Assembly: GCA_963702425.1 (NCBI GenBank)
Contig: CAVPCQ010000011.1
Span: 256,001-320,000, forward strand
DNA length: 64,000 bases
Direction: 5' to 3'
Source of the DNA: an uncultured Acidobacteriota bacterium
Lineage (GTDB): Bacteria > Acidobacteriota > Polarisedimenticolia > J045
The translations under genes and the position numbers were made by a program. The notes under the pieces were generated by a model. It worked only from the letters and a program-made list of their open reading frames with translations. It made no database searches and had not been told where the DNA came from. Of the stretch, positions 22,131 to 41,700 are shown piece by piece (positions within the stretch are counted from its first letter, which is position 1; each line of letters opens with the position of its first letter).

Positions 22131-23414
22131 GTGAGCGTGACGAGCGTGTTCGACGAGTTCAACTGGCGTGGGATGGTGTACGAGGCCACGGAGGGCCTGG
22201 CGGAGGTGCTGGCCACGCAGTCCCTCACCTGCTACATCGGGTTCGACCCCACGGCGTCGAGTCTCCACGTCGGGTCGTTGTTGCCGATCATGGCGCTCGC
22301 GCGGATGCAGCGTGCCGGGCATCGCCCCATTGCCATCGTGGGGGGCGGTACCGGGCTGATCGGCGATCCCAGCGGCAAGACGCTGGAGCGGCAACTGCAG
22401 ACCCGCGAGCAGGTGGCCGCCAATCTCGTCGGCATCCGCGAACAGTTGTCCCGCTTCCTCGACTTCGATCGCGCAACGAATGCCGCCCAGATCGTGGACA
22501 ACGCCGACTGGCTCGCGACGATCGACTTGATGTCCTTCCTTCGCGACGTCGGCAAGCACTTCACCGTCAATTACATGCTGGCGAAGGAATCCGTTCGGCG
22601 GCGCCTCGAGGCCGAGGAGGGCATCTCCTACACCGAGTTCAGCTACCTTCTGCTCCAGTCCTACGACTTCCTCGTGCTGAACGAGCGCTACGGGTGCACC
22701 CTGCAGTTGGGCGGCAGCGACCAGTGGGGCAACATCACCGCCGGGTGCGACCTCATCAGGAAGCTGCGGGGCATGCGCGCGCACGGGCTCGTCATGCCGC
22801 TGGTCACGACCGCCGCCGGGGTGAAGTTCGGAAAGACCGAAGCCGGCACGGTGTGGTTGGACGCGGCCAGGACCTCACCCTTCCGCTTCTACCAGTTCTG
22901 GCTCAATGCCGACGATCGGGACGTGCCAACCTACCTGAAGTACTTCACGTTCCTCTCGAAAGGCGACGTCGCGTCCGTGGAAGAGGAGATGGCACGCGCG
23001 CCGGAGCGCCGCGAAGCCCAGCGCGTGCTGGCGCGGACCGTGACGACGCTCGTGCACGGCGACGGCGCGGTCCAGCGTGCCGAGCGCGCGTCGCAATTGC
23101 TGTTCGGTGAGGGCATCTCGGAGCTCAGCGCGGACGAGGTGCTGGATGTCTTCGACGATGTGCCGTCGACGGACTGGCCAGTCGACGCGTTCCAGGGAGA
23201 CGGTGTTGGCATTGCAGACGTGCTGGTGAAGACCGCGCTTGCGCCGTCCAAGAGCGAGGCGATGCGGCTCGTGAAGGGGGGCGGGGTCTCGGTGAACAAC
23301 CGCCGCGTGTCGCAGGAACGCGAGCGATTGACGCAAGCGATGGCCATTGGCGGGCGCGTGTTCGTCGTCCGGAGAGGCGCGCGGCAGCAGCACCTGGTGC
23401 GGCTGATCGGCTAA
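22131..23414 (+). CDS. tyrS: Tyrosine--tRNA ligase
   Basis: YIGFDPT, HVGS (HIGH), GGSDQWGN, KFGKT (KMSKS) and a C-terminal S4 domain. Confidence 0.97.
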   Translation: MSVTSVFDEFNWRGMVYEATEGLAEVLATQSLTCYIGFDPTASSLHVGSLLPIMALARMQRAGHRPIAIVGGGTGLIGDPSGKTLERQLQTREQVAANLVGIREQLSRFLDFDRATNAAQIVDNADWLATIDLMSFLRDVGKHFTVNYMLAKESVRRRLEAEEGISYTEFSYLLLQSYDFLVLNERYGCTLQLGGSDQWGNITAGCDLIRKLRGMRAHGLVMPLVTTAAGVKFGKTEAGTVWLDAARTSPFRFYQFWLNADDRDVPTYLKYFTFLSKGDVASVEEEMARAPERREAQRVLARTVTTLVHGDGAVQRAERASQLLFGEGISELSADEVLDVFDDVPSTDWPVDAFQGDGVGIADVLVKTALAPSKSEAMRLVKGGGVSVNNRRVSQERERLTQAMAIGGRVFVVRRGARQQHLVRLIG

Positions 23415-23424
23415 GTGCTTGATT
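23412..23424 (-). promoter_or_regulatory. IHF consensus site upstream of rrn P1
   Basis: Minus strand AATCAAGCACTTA matches WATCAANNNNTTR exactly. Confidence 0.5.
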
Positions 23425-23505
23425 CAATTGAAATTGACGCACGCAGGGCCCCGGCGGGCCCAGGAAGAGAAGATCGCCGCCGATCGTTTAGTGATCGTTT
23501 AGGGG

Positions 23506-23534
23506 TTGACAGCTTCCGCGGGCCCGCGTATAAC
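23506..23534 (+). promoter_or_regulatory. sigma70 promoter P1 upstream of rrn
   Basis: TTGACA-17 bp-TATAAC. Confidence 0.8.
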
Positions 23535-23543
23535 TACAAATCC

Positions 23544-23702
23544 GCGCCGGCCACGGGGTCTTCCACAGGCCGGCGCTGACCGAGGCAGTCGCTGCCCTGG
23601 TCGTCTGACGCACTCAGTCGCGTCAACAACCCTAGCCGAGACACACGGGAACTTCCCACGGGTCGGCAAGGCGTCGCCTAGCGAAAGAAATTTCGCTGGC
23701 GA
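23544..23702 (+). ncRNA. Candidate structured RNA (five consecutive hairpins) between P1 and P2
   Basis: Inverted repeats read by eye and no credible ORF. See findings. Confidence 0.35.
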
Positions 23703-23714
23703 TGAAAAAAGCGG

Positions 23715-23743
23715 TTGACACGGGTGAGGGTCGAAGATAGGAT
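23715..23743 (+). promoter_or_regulatory. sigma70 promoter P2 of rrn, with upstream A-tract
   Basis: TTGACA-17 bp-TAGGAT, preceded by AAAAAA. Confidence 0.75.
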
Positions 23744-23788
23744 TGAAAGCCCGCTGAAGAGCGGGAACGGCGTCCCGAGAGGCCGCCG

Positions 23789-23799
23789 GTTCTTTGAAA
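23789..23799 (+). promoter_or_regulatory. rrn leader boxA antiterminator
   Basis: GTTCTTTGAAA after a boxB-like hairpin. The adjacent AAAACTAGATAGAACGC pairs with 25619-25635 (16S processing stem). Confidence 0.75.
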
Positions 23800-23977
23800 A
23801 CTAGATAGAACGCACGCACAACCCGTCGAGTGTCAGCCGGGCGCGCGCAGCCCCGCAAGGGGCTGGACGGCGTCCACTACACAAGACAACCGACAACGCA
23901 ATACGGAGCCAATTTTGGCTCTCGCGTTGGGGAAATTGCTCGATCTGGCCCGCAAGGGCTGGAGAGGGCGACCAACT

Positions 23978-25533
<1,556 letters not shown>

Positions 25534-25680
25534 GAGATTGGCCGGCCGCGCGGCCCGCAAGGGCGCGCGGTGGCCGAGCGAACTCGAGATCGATCTGGCA
25601 CTCAGGGGTGTGCGATACGCGTTCTATCTAGTTTTGAGGGAACCGGCCCCGGATCGGGTGGCGGTTCTTTGACAGGGCTT

Positions 25681-25758
<78 letters not shown>

Positions 25759-25808
25759 GCGTTCAGGCTGAGAGACGAGCCTTCCGCGGCCAACGAGGAT
25801 GTTCGTTC

Positions 25809-25884
25809 GGGGAATTAGCTCAGCTGGGAGAGCGCCTGGTTTGCAACCAGGAGGTCACCGGTTCGAGCCCGGTATTCTCCACCA
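25809..25884 (+). tRNA. tRNA-Ala(TGC)
   Basis: Cloverleaf with anticodon loop TTTGCAA, G3:U70 pair and CCA end. Confidence 0.96.
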
Positions 25885-26095
25885 GCTTCGCTCGCGGCGC
25901 TGCGACGCAGCTCGGCCGGCGGCAAGGGGGGCTGTGACGAAGCTGGCAATACTCGGCTGCGAAGCACCGTAGTTGCTCGCGAACGCTGACGTTCTTTGAC
26001 AACTGAATATCCTGCAAACGGTAGTTCTGACTCACACACGCGAAGTGCGTGCGATCGCGGGCGGCTTCGGCCGCGTGCGCGAGTTCCAGGTTTAT

Positions 26096-29090
<2,995 letters not shown>

Positions 29091-29334
29091 ATAAACCTCA
29101 TCAGCACGAATCGCTGCGTGCGTCGCCAGATCGAGCTACCGTTTGCAGGGTATTCAGTTGTCACGCTCTTTGACATCAAGATTGCGACGACGGCCTCATG
29201 CGCGACGGAATATGTCGCCCCCAGAGGTAATCGCGGCCGGGAGCACCCGGCCTTCGGTCAGATCAGGTTCGCTTGGCTGACCGATCGCGAGCATCCTTCC
29301 CCGCCAGCTTCGCGGTGCGGCGCGGGAGCCACCT

Positions 29335-29452
<118 letters not shown>

Positions 29453-29460
29453 GTGAATCC

Positions 29461-29501
29461 AGCAAAGGCCCGACGCCGAAAGGCGCCGGGCCTTTTGCTT
29501 T
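29461..29501 (+). terminator. Rho-independent terminator of rrn
   Basis: AGCAAAGGCCCG..CGGGCCTTTTGCTTT hairpin with GAAA loop and T-tract. Confidence 0.85.
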
Positions 29502-29573
29502 GTGTGCGCCGTACCCCCGCCGCCGGACCCCGTCCGTAGTCGCGTCGCGCGCGCAAACAGCGCCGTCGCTGCA

Positions 29574-29611
29574 TGTAAGCGCTTGACAATCCGCGCGCGT
29601 ACGGCAAGATT
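29574..29611 (+). promoter_or_regulatory. Putative symporter promoter with a LacI-family-like operator over the -35
   Basis: TGTAAGCGCTTGACA contains the AAGCGCTT palindrome and TTGACA. The -10 is weak. Confidence 0.5.
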
Positions 29612-29679
29612 CCCCGACTCGGGTCCGGGGACTCCTCCCCGCCGTCCCTCTCCCAATCGCGCACGGATTCAGGAGAACA

Positions 29680-31485
<1,806 letters not shown>

Positions 31486-31739
31486 CGTCAGGCAGGAGCC
31501 GCCGCTCGCGCGGCTCCTGCTCTCCGCGTTCGTGCGCTCGCGTCGAGGACGGGTGCCCGCGACGAGCCTGCCGCGGCCGCACGCGGGCCTTTGCCCTGTT
31601 CTCGCGGTACAATTCGCCGGGCGCGACTTCCGCGGCCACGTTCGGGCCCGATGCCTGCCTGCGTCGAGCGACAGCCATACGCCGCCATGCGGCCGGCGCT
31701 GGAGTGTGCCGATAGCCAAGCGCCGACGGTCGAGAGGCG

Positions 31740-34700
31740 ATGAACCAGATGCCCGTCCTGACGCTCCCAGGGGGCTCCGCCCTCTCCGATTTTCGCATCG
31801 ACAAGCTCAATGCTCGCCTGGCGGTTCTGGACGCACGCCTCCGCGTGGGCGCCGCGAGGTTCTGGCACTTCGTCGAGGTCGACGACACCTTCGGCGACGC
31901 CGAACGCGCGGTGCTCGACAGCCTGCTGGGAACGAGCACGGCGCCGCACGCAGCGGCCGACCAAGGCGCCCGCTCGGGACCCTGGTCGTGCCCCGTCTCG
32001 GGACGATCTCCCCGTGGTCGTCGAAGGCGACCGACATCGCGCGCCAGTGCGGGATCGGGAACGTCCGCCGGGTCGAGCGGGGCACCGCGTACGTCCTCGA
32101 CGGCGATCCATCTCCGGCCGTGCCGCTCCTGCACGACCGGATGACCGAAACGGTGCTGGCCTCCTTCGACGAAGCGGCGCTGCTCTTCCGCCATGTCGCG
32201 CCGAAGCCTCTCACACGGGTGGATGTCGTGGCGCGTGGCCGCGTCGCGATCGAGGAGGCGAATGCCACCTACGGGCTCGCGCTCGCTCCAGACGAGATCG
32301 ACTACCTGACGCACTGCTTCGAGCGGGCGGGCCGCAATCCGACCGACGTCGAGTTGACGATGTTCGCGCAGGCGAACTCGGAGCACTGCCGCCACAAGAT
32401 CTTCAACGCGTCGTGGGTGATCGACGGTGTGCCGCAGCCGCAGTCGCTGTTCGGCATGGTGCGGACGACCCACGCGGCCAACCCGCAGGGCACGATGTCC
32501 GCCTACTCGGACAACGCCGCGGTCATGGAGGGCCACCACGTGCGGAGGTTCTTCCTCTCCCCAGAGACTGGCCGGTACCACGACGTCGACGACACGACGC
32601 ACGTGCTGCTGAAGGTGGAGACCCACAACCACCCCACCGCCATCTCGCCGTTCCCCGGGGCGGCCACCGGGTCGGGTGGCGAGATTCGCGACGAAGGTGC
32701 GACCGGGCGGGGCGCCAAGCCGAAGGCCGGCCTGTGCGGCTTCTCGGTGTCGAACCTGAGGATCCCCGGCTACCTGCGGCCGTGGGAAGGCCCGGAGATG
32801 CGACCCGGGAGGATTGCCTCGCCCCTGGCGATCATGATCGACGGACCAATCGGGGCCGCTGCGTTCAACAACGAGTTCGGCCGCCCGAACCTCGCGGGCT
32901 ACTTCCGCACGTACGAGCAGGAAGTGAGCGGCCGCCTGCGGGGCTACCACAAGCCCATCATGCTGGCGGGCGGCCTGGGCGCGATCCGGGCGCAGCACGC
33001 GATGAAGGCCGAAGTGACCGCCGGGGCCCTGTTGATCCAGATCGGTGGCCCCGCGATGTTGATCGGAATGGGGGGCGGCGCGGCCTCCTCGATGTCCACG
33101 GGCGCGAACACCGTCGACCTGGACTTCGACTCGGTGCAGCGGGGCAACCCTGAGATGCAGCGCCGCGCCCAGGAAGTCATCGATCGCTGCTGGGCCCTTG
33201 GCGCCGCCAACCCGATCCTCTCGATCCACGACGTCGGCGCGGGAGGCTTGTCCAACGCACTGCCCGAGATCGCCCACTCGTCTGGCCGGGGAGCCGCCAT
33301 CGACCTGCGCGCGGCCCCCAACGAAGAGCCTGGCATGACGCCCCGCGAGGTGTGGTGCAACGAAGCGCAGGAGCGCTACGTCCTCGCGATCGCGCCAGGC
33401 AGTCTGCCCGCCTTTGCGGCCATGTGCGAGCGCGAGCGATGTCCCTTCGCGGTGGTGGGCACCGCCACCGACGACGACCGGTTGCTCGTCACCGACCCAC
33501 TGCTCGGTGACACCCCGGTCGACATGGACCTGTCGGCGCTGCTGGGCAAGCCGCCTCGGATGACGCGAGACGTGCGTCGCGTACGGACCACGCCTCCGCC
33601 CCTCGATCTCACCGCCATCATGCTCGACGACGCGGTCGCGCGGGTGCTTCGCGCGCCGACCGTCGCCGACAAGCGGTTTCTGATCTCGATTGGCGATCGT
33701 TCCGTCGGGGGCCTCTGCACACGTGACCAGTGCGTCGGTCCCTGGCAGGTGGCCGTGGCCGACTGCGCCGTCACCCTCGCGTCCTTCGATGGCTACGCGG
33801 GCGAGGCTTTCTCGATCGGCGAACGGACGCCGATTGCGGTGCTGGATGCGCCGGCGTCGGGCCGCATGGCCATTGCCGAAGCGTTGACGAACCTGGCGGC
33901 CGCGCCCGTTCGCGCGCTATCGCTCGTCAAGCTCTCCGCGAACTGGATGGCCGCCGCCGGTGCGCCAGGCGAAGACGCCGCCCTGTTCGACACCGTGCGC
34001 GCGGTGTCCCTCGACCTGTGCCCGGCCCTCGGCATCAGCGTCCCCGTCGGCAAGGACTCGATGTCGATGCGGACGACGTGGAGCGAGGGCGACACGCCAC
34101 GCGAGGTCGTGAGCCCCGTGTCGCTGATCGTCTCAGCGTTCGCGACCGTGGACGACGTACGGGAGGCGTGGACGCCGCAACTGCGGACGGACCTCGGTGA
34201 GACCGAGTTGCTGCTGATCGATCTCGCAAACGGTCGCGGGCGGCTCGGCGGATCGATGCTGGCCCAGGTGTACGGGCAGTTCGGGACCGACGTGCCGGAC
34301 CTCGACGACCCGTCACGGCTGAAGAGCCTGTTCGACGCGTTGCGCGAACTGCGTCGGGCAGGGCTTGTGCTCGCGTACCACGATCGGTCCGACGGCGGGC
34401 TGTTCGTCACGCTCGCGGAGATGGCCTTCGCGGGACGCGTCGGCCTCGACATCCGGGATCTCGCACCGGCGACGCCTGCCGAGGCGGACTCGCACGCGAG
34501 CCTGCTCGCGTGGCTCTTCAACGAGGAGCTCGGCGTGGTCGTGCAAGTGAGAACCGCCGACCGGCCCCGCGTGCTGAACGTCCTCGACGCCCACCTCCTG
34601 TCGGCGCGCGTCGTCGCGCGCCCCGCGAGCGACGGCCGTCTGTCCGTGAGGTGGCAGGGCACGCAGGTGTTCAGCCAGCCGCTTGCCGACCTCCAGCGCG

Positions 34701-35626
34701 TCTGGGGCGAAACGAGCTGGTTGATCCAGTCGCTGCGAGACAACCCGGCGTGCGCGCAGGCCGAGCACGACCGCGTCCTCGAGGTGTCGGACCCCGGTCT
34801 CTCGCCCGTGCTGACCTTCGATCCCGCGGAAGACGTCGCGGCGCCGTTCGTGTCGCGGGGCGCCAGGCCCGCGTTGGCCATCCTGCGCGAGCAGGGCGTG
34901 AACGGTCAGGTCGAGATGGCCGCGGCGTTCGACCGGGCCGGGTTCGACGCCTTCGACGTCCACATGAGCGACGTCATTGCCGGGCGGACCTCGCTGGCGC
35001 GGTTCGCGGGCTTCGCCGCGTGCGGCGGGTTCTCGTACGGAGACGTCCTGGGGGCGGGCGAAGGATGGGCGAAGTCCATTCTCCACCACGCGCGAACCCG
35101 CGACGAGTTCTCGGCCTTCTTCGCCCGCCCGGACAGCTTCGCGCTCGGCGTCTGCAACGGCTGCCAGATGATGGCGGCGCTGAAGACGATCATTCCGGGC
35201 GCGGACGCGTGGCCACGCTTCGTGCGCAATACCTCGGAGCAGTTCGAGGCCAGGTTCGTCAGCGTCGAGGTGCTGTCGAGCCCGTCCATCTTCTTCAAGG
35301 GCATGGAGGGGAGCCGCATCCCGGTGGTCACCGCCCACGGCGAAGGGCGCGCGCGGTTCGATCGAGCGGAGGACGTGGCGCGCACGCTCGTGTCGGCGCG
35401 GTTCGTCGGAAACCGGGGGGAACTGGACCCGCCGTATCCGTTGAACCCGAACGGCTCGGGCAGCGGCCTCACGGCCGTGACGACCGCAGATGGGCGGTTC
35501 ACGGTGTTGATGCCCCATCCCGAACGGGTGTTCCGGACCGTGCAGATGTCGTGGCACCCGGACGGCTGGGCGGAGGACAGTCCGTGGATGCGCCTGTTCC
35601 GCAACGCACGCGTGTTCGTCGGGTGA
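31740..35626 (+). CDS. purL: Large single-chain FGAM synthase (frameshift near 31970)
   Basis: [22 protein letters not shown], fused glutaminase domain ([13 protein letters not shown]) and end [11 protein letters not shown]. Confidence 0.96.
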
Positions 35627-35950
35627 CTCGCCCCCAGGGGCCAGTGGGCGCGCGCTGCACCCGACCGTGACGCGCCACTGCGCCCGCGACTCGCGTCGCC
35701 TGGCAGGTCGCCGCTGGTCGTCGGGGGCCCGTTGTCGGCAGGTCTCCGACAACCGGTGACCGGTTTCCGGAGACGACACGCCGGGGTCGACCTCAACCGA
35801 AGTGAATCCCGGGGGTAGAATCTGTCAGTCCGGGCGGTTCACCCCACAGTCGCCGGACTGCCCCGCCCGTCATCCAGCGCTGCTCGCAGCTCCGCCCGCC
35901 GTTGGTCGGCGGTCCGTCGCGTGCGACGCGTTCACGTCGAGGAGTCGACC

Positions 35951-37171
35951 ATGAGCCTCAGCCAACTGGCCCGATCGATCGCCGAGTCGCCGACGCTGCG
36001 ACTCAACGAGGAGGCGCGCCTGCTCCGCGAGCGCGGCGAGCCGGTCATTCACCTGGGCATCGGCGAGCCGAAGAACAAGGCCCCGCTGGCGGCCATCCTC
36101 AGCACGGCGTCGAAGATCGTCCAGGGCGACGTCAAGTACACGCCGACCGACGGCATGCCGTCGCTGAAGAAGGCCATCATCCGCTACACCGAGGAGAACT
36201 ACGACAAGCTGGTCGCGCCCGAGAACGTCATCGTCTCGTCGGGCGCCAAGCAGTCGATCTTCAACGTGCTCTTCACGCTGCTGAACCCGCAGGACGAGGT
36301 GATCATGCCTCGCGCCCTACTGGGTGAGCTACCCGGAGATGATCCGGATGTGCTACGGCGTGCCGGTGATCGTCACGCCCGAGGACGGCACGTTCCACCC
36401 GCGCATCGAGGACATCGAGCGGGCGGTCAGCTCCTACGACCAAGGCGATCATCGTCAACAGCCCGAACAACCCGTCGGGCGTCGATGTACTCCGGAGCAG
36501 TTCATCGCCGAGATCGTCGAGTTCTGCGAGCGCCGCGGCATCTGGGTGCTGATGGACGACATCTACCACAAGCTGATCTTCGACGGCCGCCGCCTCGTCT
36601 CGCCGTACAAGTTCACCGAGCAGGACGTCGAGGCGTCGAAGATCATCGTCATCAACGGCATCTCGAAGGTGTACGGGATGACGGGCTTTCGCATCGGCTG
36701 GGCCATCGCGCCGCGGGAGCTCGTCGCAGATCATGACGAACGTCCAGGCGCAGACGACCTCGTGCGTGTCGCTGATCCTGCAGGCCGGCGCCGAGGGCGC
36801 GCTCAACGGCGTGCAGAGCGTCGTCGAGGCGCTGCGGCTGCAGATCCAGAACAACCGCGACGTGATCGATGTCGGAGCTGCAGTCGTTCACCGGCGTGCG
36901 CGTGCCACAAGCCCGACGGCACCTTCTACTGCCTGCCCGACTTCCGCGCCTACAACAACGACTCGGTGAAGCTGTCCGAGTTCCTGCTCAAGAAGGCGCT
37001 GGTCGTGACGGTGCCCGGCAAGGAGTTCGGCATGGAGGGCCACCTGCGCCTGAGCTACTCCGGGACGATGAAGGACGTCACCGAGGGCCTCGCGCGCATG
37101 AAGTGGGCGCTGGACCCGAACTCCGCCAACGAGATCTACATCGGCGACAGGAAGCTGGTGAGGGACTGGCT

Positions 37172-37175
<4 letters not shown>
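35951..37175 (+). CDS. PLP-dependent aminotransferase class I/II, aspartate aminotransferase-like (frameshifted)
   Basis: [19 protein letters not shown] and [12 protein letters not shown] motifs. Confidence 0.88.
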
Positions 37176-38825
<1,650 letters not shown>

Positions 38826-38828
38826 CCG

Positions 38829-39571
38829 ATGGCCCTTTCGGAGTTCCTGTTCTTCGTGGCCGCGGGGTTCGCGGCCCAACTGGTGGACGGGACGCTGGGG
38901 ATGGCCTACGGGGTGACCGCGTCGAGCCTCCTGCTCGCGCTGGGGATCCCGCCCGCCATCACGAGCGCAACCGTCCACGCCGCCGAGTGCTTCACGACGG
39001 GCGCGTCTGCGGTGTCGCACCACGCCTTCGGGAACGTTCACGCGCCGCTATTCAAGCGCCTGGTGTTGCCGGGCATCGTCGGCGCGGTGATCGGCGCGTA
39101 CATCTTGAGCAGCTTTCCCGGCGACGCGCTGAAGCCCTACGTCGCCGGCTACCTGCTGCTGATGGGCGGGGTGATTCTCCTGAAGGCCTTCCGGGAGTTT
39201 CCTCCACGGGAGGTGACCACCCACATCGCCCCGCTCGGGTTCGTCGGGCGCGCTGGTCGATGCGCTCGGCGGCGGCGGGTGGGGCCCGATCGTCGCCAGC
39301 ACGCTGATGGCGCGGGGAAACGACGCCCGCCAGACGGTTGGCAGCGTGAACGCCGCGGAGTTCTTCGTCACGGTCGCCGCATCGATCACCTTCATCCTGA
39401 TGCTGGGACTGAGTCATTGGCCGATGATTGCGGGCCTCGCACTAGGGGGTCTGCTGGCGGCGCCTTTCGGCGCGTGGGCGTGTTCGCGGCTGCCGCTGAA
39501 GCCGTTGATGGCGGGCGTCGGGGATCCTGGTGATCCTGCTCAGCCTGCGCACGCTCTGGCACGCGTTCTGA
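38829..39571 (+). CDS. Sulfite exporter TauE/SafE family (frameshifted)
   Basis: AQLVDGTLGMAYG, GGGGWGP and GSVNAAEF motifs with multiple TMs. Confidence 0.85.
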
Positions 39572-39596
39572 GGACGGCCGCCGGCGGCGTGACTCC

Positions 39597-39815
39597 GTGG
39601 TTCACTTGCGTGGAGTGGCGCTCAGCATCAACATGGGGTCCTCGCTCGTCGACGTGTCGCCGCTGTCGACCCTTGGCGCGTTGTGCGTCGCATCGGTCGC
39701 CAACCCCGACGATGCCAGGGACCTCTTCCGGAAGCTGCTGTTGTGGGGACTGTCCATGACTGCCGTCGGCGCCCTGCTGTGCCAGGTGTTCGCTGGCGCC
39801 TTTGCGAGGCTGTGA
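39597..39815 (+). pseudogene. C-terminal remnant of an SLC13/MatC-like dicarboxylate carrier
   Basis: LVDVSPLSTLGALC...LFRKLLLWG is the typical C-terminus. There is no room for the N-terminal part. Confidence 0.65.
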
Positions 39816-39822
39816 CGCGTCG

Positions 39823-40446
39823 ATGCCGCTGAGGGAGTTGTTCTCGACCACGTTTGCCGAGCGCCGCGATCGTGTCGGCCTGGAATGGCAGGGCCAACAT
39901 CCTCTACCGGGAGCGTGAGATCGGCCACATCCTGTCCGACGCACAACCGCGCGCGCTGGTGGCCGCAGGGGTGCCTCAGGCGACCGTTCCCGTGGACGTG
40001 TGGAACGTCGACGCGCTTGCCGCGGAGGCCGCGGCGCTCCCGTCCGCGCCGGCGGTGTGGGCGCCCAGCCTCGAGGCCAGCACGCCCGCGGCGTTGATCT
40101 ACACCTCCGGCACGACCGGGCTGGCCAAGGGCGCCATCCTGACCCACGGCAACTTCGCGGCGAACGGCGCGACGCTGATCAGGGCCTGGCGGTTCACCGC
40201 CGCCGACCGCCTGCTGCTCGCGCTCCCGCTGTTCCACGTGCACGGGCTCGGCAACGGGTTGCACTGCTGGCTCGGCTCTGGCGCACGCGTGCGGTTGCTG
40301 GAGCGATTCGAGGCTGCGACCGCGGCCGCCGAGTTCGAGTCGTTCGCGCCGACGGTGTTCTTCGGCGTGCCTACGATGTACGTGCGGATGCTGGACTGGC
40401 CAGCCGATGTCGCCGCGCGTGTTGGAAGCACAGCCCGCCTGTTCGT
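39823..40446 (+). pseudogene. Acyl-CoA synthetase (MatB-like) fragment with internal and 3' deletions
   Basis: YTSGTTGLAKG, LPLFHVHG and FFGVPTMY motifs. Jumps from EWQG to NILYRERE and ends at RLFV. Confidence 0.7.
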
Positions 40447-40978
40447 GGGGAGCAGCATCTTCCGCCTGTGGAAGACGCTGCAGGAGCAGATGGCGCCTCT
40501 GCCGGTGTTCAACCGGGCGTTCGGCGGGTCGCGCACCGACGAGGTCCTCGCGCACATGGACCGGATCGTCCTGCCGTACCGGCCCCGGATCATCGTCTAC
40601 TACTGCGGCAGCAACGACGTGAACGCCACCGAGAGCGCGGCGGCGATTGCCGCGCGGGTGCAGGAATTCGCCCTCCGCGTCAGGCAGGCGCTGCCGAAGA
40701 CGACGGTGTACTACGTTTCGGTGAACAAGGCGCCGCAGAAGCGTGACCGGTGGGACGTGGTCGACGCCGTCAACCAGGCGATGCGCGACTACGCGTCCGC
40801 GTCGACCAACGTGCGCTACATCGACGTCAACCCGGCGCTGTTCGACGATCGCGGCGAGCCCCGGATGGAGATGTACGTCGCCGACCGCCTGCACCTCACT
40901 CCGCCGGCCTACGAGGGGTTCACGTCGATCATCAAGCCCGTCCTCGAGCGAGCCTGGGCCTCGGGCGACTCGAAGTAG
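40441..40978 (+). CDS. SGNH/GDSL hydrolase domain fused in frame to the MatB fragment
   Basis: Blocks FVGSS, NRAFGG, GSND and DRLH. Confidence 0.75.
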
Positions 40979-41223
40979 GGACACCGGCTGACGAGGCCGT
41001 CATCACGTCGTTGCCCCTGACGCACCGGAAGCCGGGCTGCCGTCGGGAACCCGGCAGGCTGGCGCATCGCCGCCAAGCCGGGTCTGCGTCGCCACCAATT
41101 CACGCCTCATTTTCGTTTCATGCGTTGGCCGGCTGATTGCAGCCGCTGTCGCCACCGTTCTCCACGTTCGTCGGATCGCACGTCTCGCGTCGGGGTCGAC
41201 TCACCTCCAGCCTGGAGTGGCGC

Positions 41224-41688
41224 ATGGGTGGTGGTTTCCGGGACTACGAGCACGTCGTTCGCGTCGTCGTGCTCTTCCTGCGTCGGCATCGTCGCCTTCC
41301 TCGCGCTGCGATGGTGGTTCCTGCCGGCGGACTTCGGCGTCTACGGGTTCTACCGGGCGGGCGCGCTCGCCGACAACCGCGCGCGCCCGATCGCCTACGC
41401 CGGCCGCGCGGCGTGTGCCGAGTGCCACGCCGACATCGTCGAGATGCGGAAGGGCAGCCGCCACGAGCACATCGGGTGCGAGGCGTGTCACGGCCCGCTG
41501 GCGAAGCACGCCGCCGGCGAGGACGAGCACGAAGCCGGCGCTGCCCGACCCGCGCGTCACGTGCGTCCGCTGCCACGACGCCAAGGCGGGCAAGCCCGCG
41601 GGCGTTCCCGCAGGTGGACGTCGCCGACCACGCGCCCGAGGGGCCGTGCACGGCGTGCCACCAGCCGCACCACCCGGGGATCTCGTAG
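41224..41688 (+). CDS. Membrane-anchored tetraheme cytochrome c (frameshifted)
   Basis: CAECH, CEACH, CVRCH and CTACH across frames, with an N-terminal TM. Confidence 0.85.
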   Translation: MGGGFRDYEHVVRVVVLFLRRHRRLPRAAMVVPAGGLRRLRVLPGGRARRQPRAPDRLRRPRGVCRVPRRHRRDAEGQPPRAHRVRGVSRPAGEARRRRGRARSRRCPTRASRASAATTPRRASPRAFPQVDVADHAPEGPCTACHQPHHPGIS

Positions 41689-41700
41689 GAGGCGCGAGCC

